NCBI GenBank assembly: GCA_024206355.1
Contig: JAAGZM010000104.1
Coordinates: 1 to 24,756 of the forward strand
DNA length: 24,756 nucleotides
Reading direction: 5' to 3'
Source of the DNA: Gammaproteobacteria bacterium
GTDB taxonomy: Bacteria > Pseudomonadota > Gammaproteobacteria > Enterobacterales > GCA-2746155
This document shows positions 1 through 7,470 of the stretch, piece by piece. The translations under genes were made by a program, and so were the position numbers. Position 1 is the stretch's first letter. The number at the start of each line of letters is the position of its first letter. Below the pieces are notes generated by a model. The model was not told where the DNA came from and made no database searches. It worked only from the letters and a program-made list of their open reading frames with translations.

Positions 1-69
1 GCAAAGCCTGCATCAACAACGGTAAAAGTTAGACCATTAAAAAAGCTAAAAGATTATGCGATAAGTTAA
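1..69 (+). CDS. 3' end (partial) of a probable HU/IHF-family histone-like DNA-binding protein
   Basis: Frame 1 reads AKPASTTVKVRPLKKLKDYAIS*. This resembles the end of the beta-arm and last helix of long HU-like proteins (..AKPA..VKVRPLKKLKD..). Only 22 residues are visible. Confidence 0.55.
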   Translation, partial: AKPASTTVKVRPLKKLKDYAIS

Positions 70-85
70 TAACTGTTTTATTACT

Positions 86-115
86 ATTACACAAAATCCA
101 TATATCCAGTATAAT
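86..115 (+). promoter_or_regulatory. Putative sigma-70 promoter of hemN
   Basis: ATTACA (86-91, 4/6 to TTGACA), 18 bp, then a perfect TATAAT (110-115), 41 bp upstream of the hemN ATG. Confidence 0.5.
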
Positions 116-156
116 CGCGGCTATTAAATAATTATCCGTTTTAATGGTAACGCTCA

Positions 157-1554
157 ATGGAACAACGACTTGAATTTTCTGAAGCATTATTAAAAAAGTA
201 TGATCAAACTGGACCAAGATATACATCTTATCCAACCGCAGTACAATTTGTACCAGCACTGAATGCTGACGTGTATTCTAATATTGCTCAAACTGCTTCA
301 CAAGATAATCCTGAACAACCATTATCTTTGTATTTTCATATCCCTTTTTGTGACACCCTTTGCTATTACTGCGGATGTAGCAAAATTATTACACGAGATT
401 ATTCACTAGCTATTCCTTACATAGAATATATCGAGAAAGAGATTAAACTACAGGCACCTCTTTTCGGAAACCGGCTAGTGACTCAATTGCACTTGGGTGG
501 AGGAACGCCCACTTTTCTTGATAATCAGCAAATGACTTCATTGATGCAAATGGCAAAAGACGCCTTTACCTTAGATGAGTCAGATCAACGCGAATTTTCA
601 ATTGAGATTGATCCACGTTCGGTAGACAACGAAAGGATTGAGTTACTAGCTAATATCGGCTTTAATCGATTGAGTATGGGTATTCAAGACTTCGATCCAC
701 AGGTTCAAAAAGCTGTTAATCGTATTCAATCAAAAGAAGATACTCTGAATGTTATCAATCATGCGAGAGAGGTTGGTTTTAAATCAATCAGTGTTGACCT
801 AATTTATGGGCTTCCCAAACAACAACTGGAAACGTTCTCAGTAACCCTTGATTCAATCATAGGAGCTAAGCCTGATCGAGTTGCAGTTTATAATTATGCA
901 CATATGCCACATTTATTTAAGACTCAAAAAGGTATTAAAGAAGTTGAACTACCTAATGGAGAACTGAAATTAAAGCTATTAGCTTTGACTATTGAAAAAT
1001 TAACTAATGCGGGATATATCTATATCGGAATGGATCATTTTTCACTGCCTGAAGATGAATTATCGATAGCACAGCGACAAGGAACCCTTCATAGGAATTT
1101 TCAAGGTTATTCAACCCAAGCTGAATGTGATTTGATTGGGCTTGGATTATCCTCAATTGGTAAGGTTGGTAATAGCTATAGTCAAAATGAGAAAGATATC
1201 GAATCCTACTATAGTGCTCTAGATAAGAATAAGTTACCTATTCTAAGAGGTGTTGAGCTCGATAAGGATGATGTTATGAGACGTCATATCATCAGCGAAT
1301 TGATGTGTCATTCAGCCTTAACATTTACCGAAATTGAAACGATGTTTGATATCAATTTCAAAGAGTACTTCAAACAAGAATTACTCGATTTAGAAACGTT
1401 CACGGAAGACAACTTATTGATTATCAGTGAAGACGGTCTCCAAATTACACCATCAGGAAGAATGTTGATGAGAAATATTGGTATGCAATTTGATGCGTAT
1501 CTCAAACCAGGCGGTCGAAAAGGTAAAAAAGGCACATACTCCAAACTTATATAA
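157..1554 (+). CDS. hemN: Oxygen-independent coproporphyrinogen III oxidase (radical SAM)
   Basis: 465 aa with GPRYTSYPTA, LYFHIPFCDTLCYYCGC (CxxxCxxC), HLGGGTP, GMDHF and RNFQGYST motifs. Confidence 0.97.
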   Translation: MEQRLEFSEALLKKYDQTGPRYTSYPTAVQFVPALNADVYSNIAQTASQDNPEQPLSLYFHIPFCDTLCYYCGCSKIITRDYSLAIPYIEYIEKEIKLQAPLFGNRLVTQLHLGGGTPTFLDNQQMTSLMQMAKDAFTLDESDQREFSIEIDPRSVDNERIELLANIGFNRLSMGIQDFDPQVQKAVNRIQSKEDTLNVINHAREVGFKSISVDLIYGLPKQQLETFSVTLDSIIGAKPDRVAVYNYAHMPHLFKTQKGIKEVELPNGELKLKLLALTIEKLTNAGYIYIGMDHFSLPEDELSIAQRQGTLHRNFQGYSTQAECDLIGLGLSSIGKVGNSYSQNEKDIESYYSALDKNKLPILRGVELDKDDVMRRHIISELMCHSALTFTEIETMFDINFKEYFKQELLDLETFTEDNLLIISEDGLQITPSGRMLMRNIGMQFDAYLKPGGRKGKKGTYSKLI

Positions 1555-1769
1555 CTACTTGTTAAATTCTAAATTTACCCGGGTCATAATCGTCTGAAAT
1601 TGCAATCATAACCCAGCCTGACTCAATTGTGGCATGGAAGGCTCATTGATTTCAATCCAATGGGGCATTAAACTGGAGAGATATATATTTCTGACTACTG
1701 GGAGCACAACCCCCCACAATAGTTGCCAAAGGAAATACAGATTTAACAAGCTAAACAGAGGTCGTAGTT

Positions 1770-1883
1770 ATGAATTTACTCAGACACTCAATACGAAATT
1801 CGCTTCTTGCAGAAGTACCCATAATATTGCTAGCGAACTGTGGTGGAAGTGAAGTCATACAACTACCATCCATGACTTTGTAG
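1770..1883 (+). CDS. Unannotated 37-aa small ORF with a lipoprotein-signal-like sequence (leader peptide or gene remnant)
   Basis: SD GAGGT 7 nt before ATG 1770. Translation MNLLRHSIRNSLLAEVPIILLANCGGSEVIQLPSMTL*, with a basic N-terminus, hydrophobic stretch and lipobox-like LLAN-CGGS. It is below the ORF-track length cutoff. Confidence 0.4.
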   Translation: MNLLRHSIRNSLLAEVPIILLANCGGSEVIQLPSMTL

Positions 1884-1910
1884 TTAGCACCACACAATAA
1901 GTTATAAATT

Positions 1911-2528
1911 ATGAAAACAATTGATTTTCAGAATGAAGATATCCTTATAAAAGCGCTTCTCAAGAATGATGAAGAAGCTTTTCGTTATCTTGTGAAAACA
2001 CTTTATAGCCAACTTTTTGCTGTTGCTAGAGCTATTGCAGGAAGTTCAATTGCTGATGAAGTGGTTCAGGAATCGTGGATTTCAGTCTTAAGAGCACTTC
2101 CGAAATTTGAAGGTCGCTCTAGCTTGAAAACATGGATTATCAGAATTGTAGCCAACGAAGCAAAAAGACGTCTGAAAAAGGAGTCAGGCTATGTATCTAT
2201 GGATAGTTTAGGCGTTGATAATGATAGTTTTCTTGAGCGATTTGATTCCAAAGGGCACTGGATTAGGCCACCTGCAAACTGGGATTTGGCAACTCCAGAA
2301 GAGATACTTGAAGAGAAGCAACTGAAATGTTGTATTGACGCAACAATTAAGGTTCTACCTGAAAGACAAAAAGCTGTCTTTCTATTACGTGACTTGGAAA
2401 ATCATTCTCTTGAACAAATATGTAACATCCTAGATATTAGCGACTCAAATGTAAGAGTATTGTTACATAGAGCTAGACTTAAATTATTTCAGATTATTGA
2501 AAAATTCCAGGAGACAGGTGAATGCTAA
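1911..2528 (+). CDS. ECF RNA polymerase sigma-70 factor
   Basis: 205 aa. Region 2: ADEVVQESWISVLRALPKFEGRSSLKTWIIRIVAN. Region 4: LPERQKAVFLLRDLENHSLEQICNILDISDSNVRVLLHRARLKL. Confidence 0.95.
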   Translation: MKTIDFQNEDILIKALLKNDEEAFRYLVKTLYSQLFAVARAIAGSSIADEVVQESWISVLRALPKFEGRSSLKTWIIRIVANEAKRRLKKESGYVSMDSLGVDNDSFLERFDSKGHWIRPPANWDLATPEEILEEKQLKCCIDATIKVLPERQKAVFLLRDLENHSLEQICNILDISDSNVRVLLHRARLKLFQIIEKFQETGEC

Positions 2529-2764
2529 GCTGTAAAGAATTTGTAGAGCAATTAGCCAAAATTATAGATAATGAAGAGCTCACTCTTGGACAAAAGCTCA
2601 ACAATAAGCTGCATCTATTTTTCTGTCATCATTGCAAAACATATCTAAAACAAGCGAAAATAACAGTGGCCGTCGCTAAAAAACTAGATTGTGAACCACC
2701 AACCTCTACTCAAATAGAGCAAAGTATTGCCGAAATGAAAGGTTTTTCTGTAAGCCAAGAATAG
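2522..2764 (+). CDS. Soluble zinc-binding anti-sigma factor (zf-HC2/ZAS)
   Basis: 80 aa, overlapping the sigma stop by 7 nt. N-terminal MLSCKE plus HLFFCHHC (Hx3Cx2C); no transmembrane segment. Confidence 0.9.
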   Translation: MLSCKEFVEQLAKIIDNEELTLGQKLNNKLHLFFCHHCKTYLKQAKITVAVAKKLDCEPPTSTQIEQSIAEMKGFSVSQE

Positions 2765-2838
2765 ATATCAAAGCCCTTTCCAAAATAATTACTAACATTG
2801 TTTAAGAAAAATAATTCACTTTATATGCGTTGTTCTTG

Positions 2839-2861
2839 TTGATGATTATCTAAAAATCATC
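2839..2861. promoter_or_regulatory. Palindromic operator-like site upstream of parA
   Basis: Perfect inverted repeat GATGATT-N7-AATCATC (2841-2861) overlapping TTGAT-GATT-ATCTA (2839-2852; 9/10 to the FNR consensus TTGAT-N4-ATCAA). Confidence 0.35.
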
Positions 2862-2876
2862 TATCGTTTATAAACT

Positions 2877-3587
2877 ATGACTAAAATTATCGGATTTGTA
2901 CAACTAAAAGGTGGTGTGGGACGTTCCACACTTGCAACTAATCTGGCTGGAACCATGGCAGAAACTGCTAAAGTCGCGCTAATTGATTGCGATGCACCTC
3001 AATATACTTGCAGCCACTGGCTACAACAACGCAACGATCTATATGAAATTGACGAGCAGTTAGATTTATATCAACCTGCGACTTATAAAGAGTTGTTGAA
3101 GTTACTGCAAAAGTTAGATGGTCAATATGATTATATTATTATTGACTGTCCTCCTCGTATCGATGGTTTCAGCCGTGTAGCACTTATGCTTTCCAACCTG
3201 GTTTTACTACCACTTGGCGCAAGTGCTGCAGAAATATGGTCTATTGAGGCGATGTTACCAGTGCTAAAAGAAGCTAAGCAGATTAATTCCAATATTGATG
3301 CAAGAATTGTATGGAATCGATTCCGTGGTTATACACGAAGCGCTAACGAAAATGCAGAACATGCGAAGAAAGATCTGAAGCTTCCCGAAATGCGACAAAA
3401 ACTTGGATTACGTGTTGCCTACTGTGATGCTATGGCAGACGGCTTAACAGTCCATGAAACAAATGATAATAATGCTCGTGTTGAAATATGGTCACTAAAC
3501 TCAAGTGTGCGGCGACTTCTCTCAAAACAAAAGAAAACACGCAAATTGAGCGATGATAAAGTTTTGGCTTTTGCTAAAAAGCACTAG
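2877..3587 (+). CDS. Short ParA/MinD-family P-loop protein with atypical Walker A (KGGVGRST)
   Basis: 236 aa. Deviant Walker A KGGVGRS, A' IDCDAPQ, Walker B YIIIDCPP, RVAYCDAMADG. No N-terminal HTH and no neighbouring parB. Confidence 0.9.
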   Translation: MTKIIGFVQLKGGVGRSTLATNLAGTMAETAKVALIDCDAPQYTCSHWLQQRNDLYEIDEQLDLYQPATYKELLKLLQKLDGQYDYIIIDCPPRIDGFSRVALMLSNLVLLPLGASAAEIWSIEAMLPVLKEAKQINSNIDARIVWNRFRGYTRSANENAEHAKKDLKLPEMRQKLGLRVAYCDAMADGLTVHETNDNNARVEIWSLNSSVRRLLSKQKKTRKLSDDKVLAFAKKH

Positions 3588-3691
3588 ATAAATTTATTGA
3601 TAAGTGAAAAGCAAAATAAGTCTAAAAAATAAGGCAAAGTATCATCTTCAGATACTATCATTGGCGGCTGGTTAATCATCTTCCTGATAAT

Positions 3692-3715
3692 AAAAAAAGG
3701 AGGGCTAAGCCCTCC
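3692..3715 (-). terminator. Intrinsic terminator of the RND adaptor gene
   Basis: Minus strand GGAGGGC-TTA-GCCCTCC followed by T7, 14 nt after the adaptor stop codon. Confidence 0.85.
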
Positions 3716-3729
3716 AGAGTACAACCAAG

Positions 3730-4791
3730 TTATAAATTTGCTATTGTATTAATAAGCTCCACATTCGCTTCATCTTTGATATTTCGCTGACCTTTTGTGA
3801 TAACAATGTCATTAGTATCTATTCCTGCCAGTATTTCAACACTAGTTGTATTACTAAAACCTATTGATACATTGCGTTTATGAGCAATACCTTCTTCCAC
3901 TACATAAACCGATACTTCATCATCCTGTAGTAATACAGATTCCTTAGGAACTAACATTGTCTGGAGATGAGTATCATAAATAATACTTACCCGGCTAAAC
4001 ATTCCTGGACGAAGTACATTCTGCTTGTCTTTTAAACTCACGGTCACTCTCACAGTACCTGAATCTTTATCTACTATTGGACTTATCCGCAAAACGTTAC
4101 CTGAAAATGGATACTTAGCAGCTTCGACCATGACATGCGCTAATTGTCCCTCCACCAAAGCAGCTTTTTCAGACTCTGGAAGATGAATGATGGCATGCAA
4201 TTCTGATAAATCAGTAATATGGAATGCAGGTGAGTTTTGTTTGAGCAAGTTACCTTCTTTAATATAGCGAACAGCTACAACACCAGAGATAGGCGCTCTA
4301 ATCGTTGCATATTCAAGATTTAATGAAGCTAAATCAGTTGCGGCTTTCTGTGCCTCATATTGATAGCGGATCCGATCATATTCTTCAGAGCTGACTAAGT
4401 TCTGCTCATACATTTTTTCTTGTCTACGCAAATCATTTGCTTGCTTATTCAAGTTGGCAGATGCTTGTTTTAGTTCAAGTGTTAGCCGATCTACCTCGAG
4501 TTGAGCTAGTACCTGACCTGCTTCAACATAATCACCTTCTTCAACCATAATACTAGTCACTACACCTGAAACGCGAGCAGCAACAGCGGCTTCCTCAGCT
4601 GCTTCAAGCGAAGCAGTAGTGCCATAAGTAGCATTAATATTGCCAATAACCACAGTTTCAGCAATCACAGGAATGGTAACAACTTCCTCAGCAACCACTA
4701 TTTCTGACTTAGCCTCACTGCAACCGGAAAGAATAAAAATCGAACTAACTGTAATAGTTATAGCAGCTAATAGTTGTGCTCTTTGACTCAT
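3730..4791 (-). CDS. Efflux RND transporter periplasmic adaptor (membrane fusion protein), lipoprotein
   Basis: 353 aa with lipobox LSG-C, lipoyl halves (ARVSGVVTSIMVEEGDYVEAGQVLAQL; IRAPISGVV), alpha-hairpin, LRPGMF and VEILAGI. Confidence 0.93.
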   Translation of the reverse strand: MSQRAQLLAAITITVSSIFILSGCSEAKSEIVVAEEVVTIPVIAETVVIGNINATYGTTASLEAAEEAAVAARVSGVVTSIMVEEGDYVEAGQVLAQLEVDRLTLELKQASANLNKQANDLRRQEKMYEQNLVSSEEYDRIRYQYEAQKAATDLASLNLEYATIRAPISGVVAVRYIKEGNLLKQNSPAFHITDLSELHAIIHLPESEKAALVEGQLAHVMVEAAKYPFSGNVLRISPIVDKDSGTVRVTVSLKDKQNVLRPGMFSRVSIIYDTHLQTMLVPKESVLLQDDEVSVYVVEEGIAHKRNVSIGFSNTTSVEILAGIDTNDIVITKGQRNIKDEANVELINTIANL

Positions 4792-4877
4792 GGTAACCTC
4801 TATTTATATTAAGTTAATAACGTTAATTAATTATTACTAATTCGCTTTCCATGTACGAATTGGATACATGAAGAGAA

Positions 4878-4893
4878 TGCATTATCAGTGCCA
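4878..4893 (-). promoter_or_regulatory. Sigma-54 (-24/-12) promoter of the RND adaptor gene
   Basis: Minus strand TGGCAC-TGATA-ATGCA, with GG and GC at the canonical spacing of TGGCAC-N5-TTGCA, about 87 bp upstream of the ATG. Confidence 0.7.
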
Positions 4894-5090
4894 ACCTCAT
4901 CAGATACATACAGCTTACTGTTTTTAAACGTTTTTTTGTTTGTGTAAATGTTAAGAAGTATGTTTTCCTGCCGATACTGTTACTGAAATGACCAACTATT
5001 AGTGAAAATCATACTTTGTAAAAAAGATAAATCTTTTGTTATTTTCAGTTATCATTCAGTAAGACGTAATAAATCAATGGATAGTTTGTA

Positions 5091-7445
5091 ATGGCACAGG
5101 AAATTAAACATTTTGTCAGCAGCAAATTCGGCAATAAAGATTTACGGAGTAATATTCCTGCCGTAGGAGATAGTGAGCCTGATGCTAAGTATACTAATAA
5201 AGATGAGCGTCAAGCTATGCTATGCGAAGAACCGATAGATCTCAGAGATATGTTTCCAACACTCTGTTACCCCTATCGAGAAGATGGTATTACGCACTAT
5301 TTTGATGGCGATACAGAAAATTTCTATTTAAAGCAACTAGAGAGTCATAAAGGGAAATACACCCAAGCCGTGTATGAAGCGGTTTTAAAGCATTCTGCAG
5401 CTCGACTAGCCTCAGGTTTGTATGGTGAATTAGATGATTATGACATTGACTATGAAGCTATCACTTTTAATCCTCCAACTGTTATACCTGTTGGTTACAG
5501 CCAGCATCGGCAAGAGGGCCGTTTAAATTTCACTACCGATGTTGAAATTGAATTATCTTCAGGCAAGGTTATTCAAGGACGCTCTGTTGATATTTCTCCA
5601 TCTGGTGTGCAAATAAAATTATCTCAACTGCTCGATGTTATTGACGGTATGTACATAAGTATTTGCTTCCCCACTTTAGAAGTAAAATATAAACGCCACT
5701 TTGGGCATATCCCCTATCGATTAATGAAAAGCTCCATTGGCTCGATGCATATGTCATTAATGCTTTCTAGAGTTGATCCTGGCTATCACCCTTTCGACGT
5801 ATTTCTTCAAGAGTTTATCGATAACAAAAAGCATCGATATCGTCTCGATGCAGAAGACTCAAAATTAGCTTTAACTGCCAAAGCCTGGGAATATCTCTAT
5901 ACTAAAGCGCTGCCTTATCTTGCTTGTTTTGTATCAACCAATGACGAGCGAATGCAAATTCAAGAAATAGCAATTTCTCAACATAACAAACAACAATTAA
6001 GCGGACTCGGCAATAGTATGCTCAGCTGTCTTGAGCAACAGATGAGTTCATTTAGACTCAAACGTATATCCGATAAAGAGTCTTATGCACCTGAAATATA
6101 TGCATACCGATATCAAGATACTGGACTACGCCGACGCCTCTGCGCAACTTCTTGGCAGTTTACTGATAACAATAGTAAATTAGCTTTTCTTCGCACAGGA
6201 CTGAAGGAAGATACCTTGACAGCGTGGCGAATCAATGTTGTTCAGCTCAAAGATATGTCTGAACAAAGAAGCTCTGAATTGCTAGATAAGTTGGCTGAAT
6301 CAAAACCTGAGCAAGCTGAAAGTCTACTCGCACAGTTAAATAATTATGAATATATTATTTATCTGGTTGATGTTACTGAAAGTCTTCGTTACGACCCCTT
6401 ATTAGCCTACGATGAATCATTAGACGTACCTGATGACAATTTTTTTGATGCTTACGAAATTCAACGTGGACATGCCGCAGACTATACACGGTTAAGACTT
6501 GGGATCAGTAAGCAGCGAAATGAAGAGCGTTTCATTTATCAGTCACCAGTTGTAATAAAATTTTATGGCGAGTCTATTAAGGGGCACACCTTAGATTTAT
6601 CAGTAAATGGCTTGAAAGTAATGCTAGATAGCTCTAAATCATTTCAAATTCGGGATACTGTCAGCATTGACTTCGTTGGATTTAATAAGAAATTTCGCTC
6701 ATCAAAGTTAAAGCGGCAAAGTTATCGAATTGCGGCAATAACAAAAGATGGCTCACTATGCCTAACCCGTGATCATCGTATTGCAAGACATGAGGCAGCC
6801 ATATTTCTTGTGAAGTTACTTAAAAAAAATAAAGACATACTACCCAGCTGTACAGGCGAACTTTGGATGAGTACTAAATCCAGGCTCATGGAGTCTTGGC
6901 TAAACTTACACTTACCTACTCAAGCCTTGTTAATGACAAGAGAGGAAGGAAGGTACAATATCCCCTATTTGCTTTCCAGTAATTACACGCAGCAATTGCT
7001 AGCACCTTTTCAGATTGGTCGAGAAATTTATAACTTTAAAGCACTTGTAGAACTACCTATTCTTAAAGAGAAGTTAAGTGAATTAAGGATCCACTCTGGA
7101 AAACCGATGACTATTGAAATATATATCAGTCAAGAACAGCCAAATGAGGATGATATTCCAGATATAGAATTAAAATGCTGGTCTGATTTTAAAGATGATA
7201 TTGACCGTATTGAATATTTAACAAAATGTAGTCGTAAACCGATATTCACTTTCTGCCACTTATCCCTTGGGAAAGTTCCTCGGTTAGATAAAAGTGATTT
7301 CTTTGACGATATGAATGTTATACGAATAAATGCCAGGCACCGCCTTACAGAATTTGAAAATGAATATCAGTCGCTGGCCGTTATATTAGAATTAATCGAT
7401 TGCACCGATCTGATAATGCAGCGTTATGACTTGAGCCAAGTGTAA
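5091..7445 (+). CDS. Large PilZ-domain c-di-GMP effector with two PilZ domains (Vibrio PlzC-like)
   Basis: 784 aa with two RxxxR + DxSxxG pairs: RQEGR (5508)/DISPSG (5589) and RNEER (6516)/DLSVNG (6594). Confidence 0.85.
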   Translation: MAQEIKHFVSSKFGNKDLRSNIPAVGDSEPDAKYTNKDERQAMLCEEPIDLRDMFPTLCYPYREDGITHYFDGDTENFYLKQLESHKGKYTQAVYEAVLKHSAARLASGLYGELDDYDIDYEAITFNPPTVIPVGYSQHRQEGRLNFTTDVEIELSSGKVIQGRSVDISPSGVQIKLSQLLDVIDGMYISICFPTLEVKYKRHFGHIPYRLMKSSIGSMHMSLMLSRVDPGYHPFDVFLQEFIDNKKHRYRLDAEDSKLALTAKAWEYLYTKALPYLACFVSTNDERMQIQEIAISQHNKQQLSGLGNSMLSCLEQQMSSFRLKRISDKESYAPEIYAYRYQDTGLRRRLCATSWQFTDNNSKLAFLRTGLKEDTLTAWRINVVQLKDMSEQRSSELLDKLAESKPEQAESLLAQLNNYEYIIYLVDVTESLRYDPLLAYDESLDVPDDNFFDAYEIQRGHAADYTRLRLGISKQRNEERFIYQSPVVIKFYGESIKGHTLDLSVNGLKVMLDSSKSFQIRDTVSIDFVGFNKKFRSSKLKRQSYRIAAITKDGSLCLTRDHRIARHEAAIFLVKLLKKNKDILPSCTGELWMSTKSRLMESWLNLHLPTQALLMTREEGRYNIPYLLSSNYTQQLLAPFQIGREIYNFKALVELPILKEKLSELRIHSGKPMTIEIYISQEQPNEDDIPDIELKCWSDFKDDIDRIEYLTKCSRKPIFTFCHLSLGKVPRLDKSDFFDDMNVIRINARHRLTEFENEYQSLAVILELIDCTDLIMQRYDLSQV

Positions 7446-7470
7446 CAGGCTCAAGTTCACTTTATTTATC
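7429..7470 (+). terminator. Probable terminator between the convergent PilZ and surface-protein genes
   Basis: 9-bp perfect stem ACTTGAGCC (7429-7437)/GGCTCAAGT (7448-7456) whose loop contains the PilZ stop codon, followed by TCACTTTTATTT. Confidence 0.55.

Noticed and set aside
29-259. Short antisense or alternate-frame ORFs in the track (29-259, 1308-1544, 9974-10189, 12437-12655, 15557-15745, 16423-16719, 16724-16966, 17109-17351, 18049-18276, 19000-19209, 19868-20050, 21198-21380, 21751-21951, 22014-22232)
   Set aside because: All are shadows of well-supported genes, under 100 aa and without motifs.
1572-1595. Possible ECF promoter (AAAT-N16-CGTCT); also TAAC-N15-CGTAG at 1744-1767
   Set aside because: The matches are too degenerate and the sigma's group consensus is not known here.
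1634-1852. 72-aa ORF from the track
   Set aside because: No SD and no motif; it overlaps the better-supported small ORF at 1770-1883.
1764-1886. GTAGTTA direct repeat read as a target-site duplication of a MITE
   Set aside because: The enclosed 109 bp has no terminal inverted repeats and no second copy in the window.
3649-3689. ATCATCTTC direct repeat and AGTATC-N7-GATACT palindrome downstream of parA as a parS-like centromere
   Set aside because: Only two short copies in AT-rich DNA, no ParB, and no match to the chromosomal parS consensus.
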